Program-made: the position numbers and the translations under genes | Source of the DNA: Nitrospirota bacterium | Lineage (GTDB): Bacteria; Nitrospirota; Thermodesulfovibrionia; Thermodesulfovibrionales; JdFR-88 | NCBI GenBank assembly: GCA_021789555.1 | Contig: JAJYJK010000001.1 | Span: 76,581 to 140,580 of the forward strand | Direction of reading: 5' to 3' | DNA: 64,000 nt | Notes under the pieces: generated by a model | Seen by the model: only the letters and a program-made list of their open reading frames with translations | Databases searched by the model: none | Told to the model about the DNA's origin: nothing | Shown: piece by piece, positions 1-9,095 of the stretch | Layout of the letters: each line of letters starts with the position of its first letter | Position numbering within the stretch: position 1 is the stretch's first letter

Positions 1-73
1 GAAAGCCGATGCGAAAGCCGGGCCGTGATGATTCAGGAACGGCCGGCCGGCGCGAAAGAGAGGGCAAAAGTCC

Positions 74-2788
74 ATGGCAGGAAAAGAGGCCGGAAGGCTC
101 ATAAAAGTCGTCATAAACGGCAAGGGCGTCGATTGCGAGGAGGGCAAGACCGTCCTCGAGGTGTGCAGAATGGCGGGCATATTCATCCCCACCCTCTGCT
201 TCGATGAGCGCCTGGAGCCCTATGGCGCCTGCCGGCTTTGCCTGGTGGAGATAAAAGGCATCCCGAAACCGCTTTCCTCCTGCACGACCCCGATCCAGGA
301 CGGCATGGAGATAACGACCGAAAGCGAAAACCTCACAGGGCTCAGAAAGACCATACTCTCCCTGATACTCTCAAATCACCCGAACGACTGCATGTGCTGC
401 GAGAAGTCGGGGGACTGCGCCCTGCAGGACCTCGCCTATATGTATAACATCAGCCCCGGCCAATACGAGGGAGAGCGGTGGGACCTCCCGGTAAAGGACA
501 ACAACCCTTTCATATCGTTTGATCCGAAGAAATGCATCCTGTGCGGACGGTGCGTGAACATCTGCAAGCAAGTGATGCTCAAGGGCGGCATCGACATGAC
601 CGGCAGGGGTTTCCATACGAAACCGGACGCCGCCTTCGGCGGGCCCCTGAGCCCGGAGAATTGCCTCTTTTGCGGCCAGTGCGTCTCCACGTGCCCCACA
701 GGCGCGCTCGTGGAGAAACCCTCCATCGGCGCCGGCAGGGGCCAGTCGGTAAAGAGGATCAGGACCACTTGTTCTTATTGCGGGACGGGATGCGGGTTCT
801 ACCTGAACGTGAAGGACGGCAGGGTCATAAAGGTGACCTCCGCTTATGACGCCCCGGTAAACAGGGGGAACCTCTGCATCAAGGGGCGCTTCGGATACGA
901 GTTCATCCACCACAAAGACAGGATCACCACCCCTCTCATACGGGAAGGGCAAAAAGGGAATTTCCGCGCCGCATCCTGGGATGAGGCCCTGGGCCTGGTG
1001 GCCAGGCGCTTCCTGGAGCTGAAGGAAAAATACGGCGCTGAAGCCGTGGGCGCATTTTCCTCCTCGCGCTGCACCAACGAGGAGAATTACCTCGTCTCCA
1101 AGTGGGTGAGGGCTGTTTTAGGCAGCAACAACGTAGACAACTGCGCCCGGGTCTGACACGCCCCCACTGTGGCCGGTCTGGCCACTTCACTCGGGGCCGG
1201 GGCGGCCAGCAATTCATTTAATCAGATCGGGGACGCGGACACCCTTCTCATCATCGGCTCCAATACCACGGAGGGCCATCCTGTCATATCGATCCACGTA
1301 AACAGGGCCATCAGGCGCGGGGCCCGCATAATAGTGGCCGACCCCCGCAGGATAGAGCTTGCGAAATACGCCGACCCCTGGCTCAACCTGAGACCCGGCA
1401 CGAACATCGCCCTCGTAAACGGCCTGATCCATGTGATACTCGAAGAGGGCCTTGAAAACAGGGCCTTCATCGAAAAAAGGACCGAGGGTTTCGCAGAGCT
1501 GAAGAAAGCGGTGAAAAAATACACGCCGGAGCACGTGGAGAAGATAACCGGCGTCCCGAAAGAAAAACTGGTCAAAGCTGCGCGCATATACGCGGCCGCC
1601 AGGGACGCCATGATCCTCTACGGCCTCGGTGTCACCGAGCACCAGAGCGGGACGGAAAACGCGATGGCCATCGCAAACCTCGCCCTCGTCTGCGGGCATA
1701 TAGGCAGGCCCGCCACCGGCATCATGGCCCTGAGGGGGCAGAATAATGTCCAGGGCGCCTCAGATATGGGCCCGGCCCCAACGGTCTTTACCGGATATCA
1801 GCCCATCAGCGACCCCGTGATCAGCGCCAAGTTCGAAAAGACATGGGGCGTAATCAAGCTGCCTTCAAAACCCGGGCTGAAATCGGTCGAGATGCTCGAC
1901 GAGGCGAAAAAAGGCAATTTCAAGGGGCTCTTTATCCTGGGCGAGGACCCCGCGCAGACTGACCCGGACTTAAACCACGTCCGGGAGGCGCTCTCTGCGC
2001 TTGAATTCCTCGTCGTGCAGGACATCTTCCACACAGAGACGACACGGTTCGCCCACGTCGTCCTCCCCGGGGCAAGCTTCGCGGAAAAAGACGGCACTTT
2101 CACTAACGGCGAGAGGCGCATCCAACGAGTCAGAAAGGCGATAGAGCCCGTCGCCGGCATGGCCGAATGGCAGGTCGTATGCGAGATAGCCTCCAGGATG
2201 GGCTACCCGATGAATTACGGCGACCCTTCCGAGGTCATGGAGGAGATTGCGAGCCTCGCCCCGATATATGGCGGCATAAGCTACGCCCGTCTCGAAAACG
2301 GCGGCATCCAGTGGCCCTGCCCCACGAAAGAGCATCCGGGCACGACCACGCTCTATCAGGAGGCGTTCGCGCGGCCAGGCGGACTGGCCAGGTTCGTCGC
2401 CCTTGAGCATAAGGGCCCGGCCGAGCCCCCGGACGAGAAATACCCCTTCATCCTCATCACCGGAAGACGCCGCGAACACTACAACAACGGCTCGATGACA
2501 AGACGCGTTAAGGGGATCGCCGAGCTCTACCCGGAAGAGCTGCTGGAGATATCACCGGCCGATGCCGTGAAACTGGGGATCGATACCGGCGACATGGTCA
2601 AGGTCGCCTCGCGCCGCGGAGAGATAAAAGTCAGGGCTAAAATCTTCAACCGCTCGCAGGAAGGAAATGTCTTTCTCTCCTTCCACCACCAGGACGCGCT
2701 TACCAATATCCTCACCTCACCCCACAGGGACCCCATAACGGGAACACCTGAATACAAGGCCTGCGCCGTGAGAATAGAGAAAATTTAA
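74..2788 (+). CDS. fdhA: Selenocysteine-containing formate dehydrogenase catalytic subunit. NuoG-like 2Fe-2S/4Fe-4S N-terminus fused to a molybdo/tungstopterin domain. One gene read through in-frame TGA 1154-1156.
   Basis: Track ORFs 74-1156 and 1169-2788 share a frame and are separated only by TGA 1154-1156. The junction translates NCARV-U-HAPTVAGL, the FDH active-site Sec/Cys motif. The N-terminus has Cys clusters (CILCGRCVNIC, CLFCGQCVSTCP, CSYCGTGC) followed by a molybdopterin oxidoreductase body. GAGAGGG lies upstream of ATG 74. Confidence 0.9.
1157..1197 (+). promoter_or_regulatory. Bacterial SECIS element directing Sec insertion at UGA 1154-1156
   Basis: Directly 3' of the UGA: CAC GCC CCC ACU GUG GCC GGU CUG GCC AC. 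GUGGCC/GGCCAC form a 6-bp stem (1169-1174 / 1180-1185) with a GGUCU apical loop. GGU CUG sits at codons +7/+8, as in the E. coli fdhF SECIS as I recall it. Confidence 0.75.
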
Positions 2789-2823
2789 AAAAAACAAAAA
2801 AAAAAAGAAAAACACCCTCACCC

Positions 2824-2857
2824 AACCCTCTCCCTCGAGGGAGAGGGTTTCACAAAA
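2824..2857. repeat. Palindromic element copy A (11-bp stem, TCGA loop, GGGTTTCACAAA tail) between convergent fdhA and modC; probable bidirectional terminator
   Basis: AACCCTCTCCC-TCGA-GGGAGAGGGTT at 2824-2849. It is flanked by a long A-run on the plus strand, which is a T-run on the minus strand. A second copy lies at 36864-36900. Confidence 0.6.
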
Positions 2858-2861
2858 GGAT

Positions 2862-3587
2862 TCACGGCAGCCCGCCAACAAGCGCCGCGCTGTCGCCCCC
2901 TGCGGGCCGTTCCAGCACTTCCCAGGGACTGCCGGTCTGCGCGACCCTCCCCCCGGAGTAGACTATCAGCCTGTCGGCCACTTCGCAGGCCTCCTTGATG
3001 TCATGCGTCACAAGGACAATCGGAATGCCGAACTCGCGCCTTACAGCCAGAAGCATCCTTCCCATTTCATCGCGGAGGCCGCGGTCCAGGGCCGAAAAGG
3101 GCTCGTCCAGCAGAAGGACATCCGGCCTGCCGATAAGCGCCCTTGCAAGCGCGACCCGCTGCTTCTGGCCGCCCGATATCTCGCGCGGATACCTCTGCCA
3201 GAGACCCCCGATATGGAAAACCTCCAGCATACGGTCTATCGCGCAGGCCTCCTGCCCCCGCCCCCCCTTCAGGCCGAAGGCGATATTGGCGCGCACGGTC
3301 ATATGAGGGAAAAGGGCAAGGTCCTGGAATACAAAACCCAGCCTGCGCCGCTGCGGCGGCAGGTCCACTTCCGGCGAGCGGCGTCCCCCCGAGGACTCAA
3401 AGAGGGTCCTGCCCTGCGCGACTATCGCGCCCTCATCCGGCCGCATCAGCCCCGCGATGGCCCTCAGCGTGAGCGTCTTTCCCGCGCCGGAATGCCCAAA
3501 GAGGACCGCTATCTCGTCCTCCATCCGCCACTTGACGTCCAGGGAAAACCCGTTTAGTTTCTTTCTTATATCAACCGTGAGCCCCAT
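2862..3587 (-). CDS. modC: Molybdate/tungstate ABC transporter ATP-binding protein (no C-terminal TOBE domain)
   Basis: Walker A GHSGAGKT, signature LSGGQKQRVALARAL, Walker B LLLDEPFSALD. The ABC-like N-terminus begins at MGLTVDIRKK (ATG 3587). The 63 upstream codons of the track ORF are Arg/Pro/Gly-rich and not ABC-like. Confidence 0.85.
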   Translation of the reverse strand: MGLTVDIRKKLNGFSLDVKWRMEDEIAVLFGHSGAGKTLTLRAIAGLMRPDEGAIVAQGRTLFESSGGRRSPEVDLPPQRRRLGFVFQDLALFPHMTVRANIAFGLKGGRGQEACAIDRMLEVFHIGGLWQRYPREISGGQKQRVALARALIGRPDVLLLDEPFSALDRGLRDEMGRMLLAVRREFGIPIVLVTHDIKEACEVADRLIVYSGGRVAQTGSPWEVLERPAGGDSAALVGGLP

Positions 3588-3816
3588 ATTTTTTCTTATC
3601 TGGACTCGCCCATTGCCCTCATCCCAAATCCCGGCAAAAACGAAATGCGGGCGCAGCAAGTAGCGCCTATACGCACTTCCATGCCACTCTCCCTGGCTGC
3701 GGCTTGCGGCAAGCGAAGCGCGCCCTGGGGGCCGGCGCGGAAGCCCGCCCTGGCGGGGATGGAGTGCGCGGCCCACATTGGCGCGCGCAGCGAGCCGCCT
3801 TGCCGCGGCCGGGCCC

Positions 3817-4488
3817 TCAAATTATCCTCCTGCTCATCCTGTTTGCCAGGTAGATTACCGTGCCCGACAGCAGCGTAAGTATGATGACCATGCCGTGGAC
3901 GTGCGACCAGTCGCCGCTTTCAAGATAGCTGTAAATGGCAAGCGGCATCGTCTCCGTTCTGCCCGGGATGTCCCCGGCGAACATGAGTGTGGCCCCGAAC
4001 TCCCCTATCGCCCTCGCGAAGGAAAGCACCAGCCCCGCCAGTATCCCCTTGCCGGCCAGGGGAAGTATCACGCTGAAGGCGGTCCTCAACTCGCCGTGCC
4101 CAAGGGTGTACGAGGCGTTCACCAGGTTTTGGTCCACGGATTCCATCGCGGCCCGCGAGGTCCTTATCATGAGCGGCATCGCCACTATGAACGATGCCAG
4201 GGCCGCGGCGTACCATGTGAACGTGACCGTCCAGCCGGTAAGTTCGTAAAGGGGCCGGCCGACTATCCCCTCCCTGCCGAAGGTGATTATCAGATAATAG
4301 CCCGTCACCGTGGGCGGCAGCACCAGCGGCAGCGTCAGAAGGACGTCCAGCAGCCCCTTGCCCCAAAAATTCTTCCTGGCCAGGATATAGGCCATCGGCA
4401 CCCCGGCCAGCAGCATGAAGACCGTCACCACAAACGCCACCTGCAGCGACAGCCGGATCGAAAATAATACGGGGGAGGAAGCGCCCAT
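3817..4488 (-). CDS. modB: Molybdate ABC transporter permease
   Basis: Multi-TM protein with the ABC-permease EAA-type loop (SFARAIGEFGATLMFAG). Its N-terminus resembles ModB/CysT, and it lies immediately downstream of modA. Confidence 0.85.
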   Translation of the reverse strand: MGASSPVLFSIRLSLQVAFVVTVFMLLAGVPMAYILARKNFWGKGLLDVLLTLPLVLPPTVTGYYLIITFGREGIVGRPLYELTGWTVTFTWYAAALASFIVAMPLMIRTSRAAMESVDQNLVNASYTLGHGELRTAFSVILPLAGKGILAGLVLSFARAIGEFGATLMFAGDIPGRTETMPLAIYSYLESGDWSHVHGMVIILTLLSGTVIYLANRMSRRII

Positions 4489-4489
4489 T

Positions 4490-5329
4490 TTATTTCAATA
4501 CCGCCCGGAACCCGAATTCCTCCAAAATAGCCCTGCCCCGCGCGCTCCTGATCAGGGATATGAAGGCCAATGCCAGTTTCTTGTCGGGTGAAGACGAGCC
4601 TTTAACGGCGGCAATGGGATACAGGACCGGCTTGTGGCTCGCCGGCGGCGCGACCGCTGCAACCCTTACCTGATCGGGGATGGTGGCGGCATCAGTCGAA
4701 TAGACAATCCCCGCGTCCACCTCCTTCCTTGCGACGTAGGCAAGCACTTCCCTTACGTGCTGGCCGTAAATGAGCTTCCCGCTTATGGCGGGCAGCAGCT
4801 TGTAATAGCGCAGGACCGCTTCGGCATACCTGCCGGCAGGCACCGTCGCCGGATTGCCCATCGCAATCCTGGCCGCCTGCGGCCGGGCCAGATCGCTGAA
4901 ATTTTTTACCTGGGCAGCGGAGGGGTTGCCGGCCGGCACTATAAGCACCATGGTGTTGCCGGCGAAATCGGCCCTCGATCCGGGCTCTATCAGGCCCTTT
5001 TTTTCAATCTCATTCATCTCCTTCTCCGCGGCGGAGGCAAAGACGTCAACCGGCGCGCCCTGCTCTATCTGCATGGCCAAATCTCCGGAGGCCCCGAAAT
5101 TGAAAAATATCCTTGCGCCCCTGTTCTGCGCCACGAAGACCTTTGCCATCTCTTCAAAGGCGTTTTTCAGGCTTATCGCCGCCGAGACGGTAATGCTGCC
5201 CGCATTGGCGACCCCGCCGACCGAATATCCCCCGGCCGCGTATCCGTTTGCCGGGAAGGCAATCGACGCGACAAAAAAGGCCGCGCCAAACAAAAAAGTA
5301 ACCGCCTTAAGAAACCAAAATTTCTTCAT
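4490..5329 (-). CDS. modA: Periplasmic molybdate-binding protein
   Basis: Signal-peptide-like N-terminus, then the ModA-type stretch FNFGASGDLAMQIEQGAPVDVFASAA. First gene of the modABC order. Confidence 0.85.
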   Translation of the reverse strand: MKKFWFLKAVTFLFGAAFFVASIAFPANGYAAGGYSVGGVANAGSITVSAAISLKNAFEEMAKVFVAQNRGARIFFNFGASGDLAMQIEQGAPVDVFASAAEKEMNEIEKKGLIEPGSRADFAGNTMVLIVPAGNPSAAQVKNFSDLARPQAARIAMGNPATVPAGRYAEAVLRYYKLLPAISGKLIYGQHVREVLAYVARKEVDAGIVYSTDAATIPDQVRVAAVAPPASHKPVLYPIAAVKGSSSPDKKLALAFISLIRSARGRAILEEFGFRAVLK

Positions 5330-5415
5330 CCGCGAAAAAAGTCCCCCTTTGCACGATCGAATCGCCCGGCCATCCGGGGCGGTATATCCCTTTTCCCCCT
5401 TTCCCTGCGGGCGCT

Positions 5416-6381
5416 TCAGCCCCCAACCTGGCTCATGGCGTCGCAGGGGATGGATTTTTGGAGAAGGCTTCCTTTCGCCTTGCTCAATACTGAAGTGAGC
5501 AATAACCGTTCCATATCGCCTTCGCCGGAGGCGGCGCTGATATCCGCCTCGTAATCCGAGAAGAGGCAGGGCCTTATCCTGCCAGCCGCGGTTATGCGCA
5601 GGCGGTTGCAGGAGTCGCAGAAATGGTCGCTCATGGGGCTGATGAACCCGATTGTCCCCGCGCCCCCGGCGAGCCTGTAATTTGCGGAAGAGCCGCTCCT
5701 GCCGATGGGGATGAGCTCGCCCGTCGTCCGGATGGCCGCCCTCGCCTCATCCGCCGTTACGCGCCGTCCGTCGAAGAGTGAAGAATCAAACTCGCGCCCG
5801 ACCGGCATAAGCTCTATGAAGCGTATATGCCAGCGCCTTTTCAGGCTCAGGGCCGCAAACTCCGCGACCTCGTCATCGTTTACCCCCCTTATCGGTATCA
5901 TGTTTATCTTTACCGGGGTGAGCCCGGCCCCCTCGGCCTGCTCGATGGCCCGGTAGACATTTTGAAGATTTCCGCCACCCGTAATCCGTCTGTAGCGCTC
6001 CGGCCGCATCGAGTCCAGGCTTATGTTTATCCGGTCAAGCCCCGCTTCCTTAAGTCGCTTTGCGAAGAGCGGCAGGAGCTGCCCGTTTGTCGTAAGACTG
6101 AGGTCCTCCACCCCGATTTCCCTGATGGCCCGGACGAGCCCGGTTATGTCCTTTCTCAAAAGCGGCTCGCCCCCGGTGAGCCTGACCTTTTTGAGCCCGT
6201 GTCCCCTGGCGATCCTCAGAAACTGAAGCAGTTTTTCCGTCTTCAATATCCGGGAGGGTTTCAGACAAGGCGGCGGCGACGCCGGAACGCAGTACATGCA
6301 GCGCAGATTGCACCGGTCCGTCACGGAAACCCGGATGTAGTCTATCTTCCGGTTGAATGTGTCCCTCAGTTCCATCTTCAT
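5416..6381 (-). CDS. moaA: GTP 3',8-cyclase (radical SAM, molybdenum cofactor biosynthesis)
   Basis: VSVTDRCNLRCMYC radical-SAM cluster motif and a MoaA-like C-terminal Cys motif (FCDSCNRLR). ATG 6381 (MKMELRD) is preceded by AGGGGG. The longer track ORF would overlap the upstream gene. Confidence 0.85.
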   Translation of the reverse strand: MKMELRDTFNRKIDYIRVSVTDRCNLRCMYCVPASPPPCLKPSRILKTEKLLQFLRIARGHGLKKVRLTGGEPLLRKDITGLVRAIREIGVEDLSLTTNGQLLPLFAKRLKEAGLDRINISLDSMRPERYRRITGGGNLQNVYRAIEQAEGAGLTPVKINMIPIRGVNDDEVAEFAALSLKRRWHIRFIELMPVGREFDSSLFDGRRVTADEARAAIRTTGELIPIGRSGSSANYRLAGGAGTIGFISPMSDHFCDSCNRLRITAAGRIRPCLFSDYEADISAASGEGDMERLLLTSVLSKAKGSLLQKSIPCDAMSQVGG

Positions 6382-6434
6382 CGGCCCCCTAATATTTCCC
6401 GACCCGCCTTTGGTATTTTCCAAATGGACCCGCC

Positions 6435-7505
6435 TTAGTATTTTCCGAAGGGACAGGTCGGATATGTGCAGACCGGGCAGTGAAGGCAAAGACCTCCGTG
6501 GCCAAGCTCCGCCAGCTCGCCCCTTCCTATTTCCTCCCCCGCCAGGACCCTCGGCAGAATCAGGTCGAGCACCGTTATCCTGCTATACATGGCGCAGGTG
6601 GGCACCCCCAGCACGGGAATGCCGCCATCGACGTTTTCACTTTCTAAATAAGCGACCAGGAACATGGAGCCGGGCAGCACGGGGCAGCCATATGTCATCT
6701 TCGAGGCGCCCAGTCTCCTTATGGCGAACCTCGTGACGTCATCGGGGTCCACGGACATCCCGCCGGTTGCGATGAGCAAATCCGCTCCCCCCTCAATGAA
6801 TTCCCTCAGCCTGGCCTCGATAAAGACCTCGTCGTCGGGCGCGTAGGCGATGCCGGCGACCTCGCCACCGTATGCCTCTATCTTCTTCCTCATGACGGGG
6901 GCAAACGCGTCCTTGATCCTGCCTGAAAACACCTCGCCCCCCGTTATCACGATGCCCGCCTTCGGCCGCCTGAGCGGTTTTACCTCAACGATGCCGCCTT
7001 TTTTGCGGGCGGTCCTTGCGGCCTTCAGGACGGCCTTCCTTTCGACCACAAGCGGCACGGCGCGGGTGGCGGCAACCGTCTGCCCCTCCCTGACGAGCGA
7101 GCCGTCGTGAAGGGTGGCGCAGACGACCTCTCCGCCCAGGTTGAACTTCATCAGCGCGGACCTGTCTACCCTCAGAAGCCCGGCTTGCCCCGCGACGATA
7201 TTTAACTTTCCCTCTCGCGGCTCTCCCTGCATCCGGACCCCCGGGCCCATCAGCGCCTCTGCCAGGGCATACGCCGCATCGTCCTCATGCATCATGGCGG
7301 GCCCAAGCTCTAGGACATAAAGGTTTTCCTTCCCGAGCCTCCTTAGATGCCCTATGTCCTCCCGCTTTACGATATGGCCCTTACGGAAGGCGGGCCCCTT
7401 AAAATCCGGCCGCACTTCGGTAATATCATGCGCGAGCACCATCCCGACCGCTTCAACTACCGGTACGGTCCTGCCCGGCGTACCTTTATCGTTTTCCTTG
7501 CCCAT
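6435..7505 (-). CDS. Molybdopterin-binding (MoCF-biosynthesis domain, MoeA/MogA-like) protein with a C-terminal Cys cluster
   Basis: GIVITGGEV...ADLLIATGGMSVDPDD is the MoCF_biosynth-type core. The C-terminus is CLHCPVCTYPTCPFGKY. It sits inside the moa/mod block. Confidence 0.65.
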   Translation of the reverse strand: MGKENDKGTPGRTVPVVEAVGMVLAHDITEVRPDFKGPAFRKGHIVKREDIGHLRRLGKENLYVLELGPAMMHEDDAAYALAEALMGPGVRMQGEPREGKLNIVAGQAGLLRVDRSALMKFNLGGEVVCATLHDGSLVREGQTVAATRAVPLVVERKAVLKAARTARKKGGIVEVKPLRRPKAGIVITGGEVFSGRIKDAFAPVMRKKIEAYGGEVAGIAYAPDDEVFIEARLREFIEGGADLLIATGGMSVDPDDVTRFAIRRLGASKMTYGCPVLPGSMFLVAYLESENVDGGIPVLGVPTCAMYSRITVLDLILPRVLAGEEIGRGELAELGHGGLCLHCPVCTYPTCPFGKY

Positions 7506-7517
7506 TCATAAATCTCC

Positions 7518-8492
7518 CTACGGCCCGAACAATTCCTTAAAGCGCTCGTCCGCGGCCTTTCGTACGTCCTTCTCGATTTCATCGTATCTTGAGAGAAAAT
7601 CCCTGATTTCGGGCGTAAGCTCGGCGCCCCCTCCGCCCTTGCCGCCAGCCCTGCACTCCACAAGCGGGATGCCAAGCCGCTTTTCCATCGCCTTTATGTA
7701 GCTCCACGCCTTCCTGTACGAGATGCCCACTTCCCTTGCCGCGCGGTTTATCGAGCCGTATCTGCCGACGGCCGCAAGCAGCAGCATCTTGCCCTTGCCG
7801 AAAAAGGGCTCCCCCTCAAGCTCGATCCAGAGCTTCGACCTGATCCCGAAATCGTTATGCTTGATTTGCATAACGGACGGCGAAAAAAAAGAAGCTGCGG
7901 AATCATTCTCGCCCTTTAAAGTGAAATACCCGCCGTTTGCGCAGGGCCGGCACAGGGGCCGGCCGTTCTTTTCTACCTCGCGCCGGTCCTGGACGTACTC
8001 GCCGCAGGCCGCGCATCTGACCCTGCCCAGCGGCCTGCCGGGCATCTCCTCGGGCCTCATATTCACCGAGACCCGGGAGACTTTGAAGAGCTCGCCCTCG
8101 GGCATTATCCGGTAGGCCTTCAACTGCGCCTCGTATCTGTCTTCTATCTCGGGAAAATACTGCCGCGCCTTGTGCCTGGATTCCTCTTTCGCGAGCACCC
8201 GGAACGCCGCCCCGCTCCTAATATTCAAGAAAGTCGCCGCCATCTTCCCGTAATCCATGAATTTTAGCGACCTTTTGCCAAGCGTGCAGCCGGTGACCGA
8301 TTGAATGGCGTCCGTGGCGCACCTGTCTATCTCCACATAGACAATAAAGTCTTTCCTGTCTTTGCCCTTTGGGTCAGTTATCCCGATTGCCGCAAGCCCC
8401 ACCATCGACATGCGCACTCCTAATACCTGGCCGGCGCAGAGATGGCCGTGGACCCTCACCGACTCCCGAAGCAGTTCCTCGAAATCTTTCAT
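7518..8492 (-). CDS. FmdE-domain / zinc-ribbon / ModE-type HTH fusion protein (putative Mo/W-responsive regulator)
   Basis: The N-terminus VHGHLCAGQVLGVRM...EIDRCATDAIQ is FmdE-like. The middle is CAACGEYV...CRPC. The C-terminus LLLAAVGRYGSINRAAREVGISYRKAWSYIKAMEKRLG...GGKGGGGAELT is the ModE N-terminal HTH signature. Confidence 0.7.
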   Translation of the reverse strand: MKDFEELLRESVRVHGHLCAGQVLGVRMSMVGLAAIGITDPKGKDRKDFIVYVEIDRCATDAIQSVTGCTLGKRSLKFMDYGKMAATFLNIRSGAAFRVLAKEESRHKARQYFPEIEDRYEAQLKAYRIMPEGELFKVSRVSVNMRPEEMPGRPLGRVRCAACGEYVQDRREVEKNGRPLCRPCANGGYFTLKGENDSAASFFSPSVMQIKHNDFGIRSKLWIELEGEPFFGKGKMLLLAAVGRYGSINRAAREVGISYRKAWSYIKAMEKRLGIPLVECRAGGKGGGGAELTPEIRDFLSRYDEIEKDVRKAADERFKELFGP

Positions 8493-8543
8493 TGCTTACA
8501 AACGCCCTTTCAATCTTTTTATAAAGTCTACCAATCCTGAAGA

Positions 8544-8954
8544 TCAAAAGGAAGAAAATTCTCCAGGCTTCAGTCCTCCGGGTTTTAAGGGGGGCTGTCC
8601 GTCAAGCGCCCTCTTGATGGACTCCTTAAGCTCCTTCATCTTAAAGGGTTTCGGAAAGAAATCGTGCACGCCGCCCCTTATGGCCTCGATTGCGACATCA
8701 AGATTGGCGAAAGCCGTTATCATTATGACCTTGGTCCCGGGATAAAGGCCCTTTACGACCCTGAGGACCTCGAACCCGTCCTTGCCCTTCATCTTGAGGT
8801 CCGTCACAACGACATCGAACTCCAGATCCCTAATCCTGTCAAGGGCCAGCACCGAATTTACGAAGGTCTCGACTTCGTGGCCCTCCTGTTCCAGCGAGAG
8901 TTTGGCTATATCTCCCACGATCTTCTCGTCATCAATTATCATTATCCTGGCCAT
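8544..8954 (-). CDS. Stand-alone response-regulator receiver (CheY-like)
   Basis: IMIIDDE, VVVTDLKMKGKDG (phospho-Asp), VIMITA and FFPKPF give complete REC residues with no output domain. Confidence 0.85.
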   Translation of the reverse strand: MARIMIIDDEKIVGDIAKLSLEQEGHEVETFVNSVLALDRIRDLEFDVVVTDLKMKGKDGFEVLRVVKGLYPGTKVIMITAFANLDVAIEAIRGGVHDFFPKPFKMKELKESIKRALDGQPPLKPGGLKPGEFSSF

Positions 8955-9095
8955 TGAAAGAAGACCCCCGTCAAGATAAAAACAAAAAACCCATCCGCTT
9001 GCGCCCGCCCCCGTCCATAAAGCCGCCCTTTTTATGAATTATGCCATAACTTGCAAAGAAACGGTCCGCGCCTCTCATTCCGAGACGCTCGCCCC

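Noticed and set aside
25-207. 60-aa Arg/Lys-rich ORF overlapping the fdhA start. Bases 2-28 may also be the tail of an upstream plus-strand gene (…KADAKAGP-TGA).
   Set aside because: The ORF is a low-complexity frame overlapping a well-supported gene start. The upstream tail is too short (9 codons) to support any call.
3596-4467. ORFs 3596-3820 (-) and 3778-4467 (+) in and around the modB-modC spacer.
   Set aside because: The first is Arg/Ala/Gly-rich with no SD or motif. The second is antisense to modB. The spacer is treated as non-coding and reported as a finding instead.
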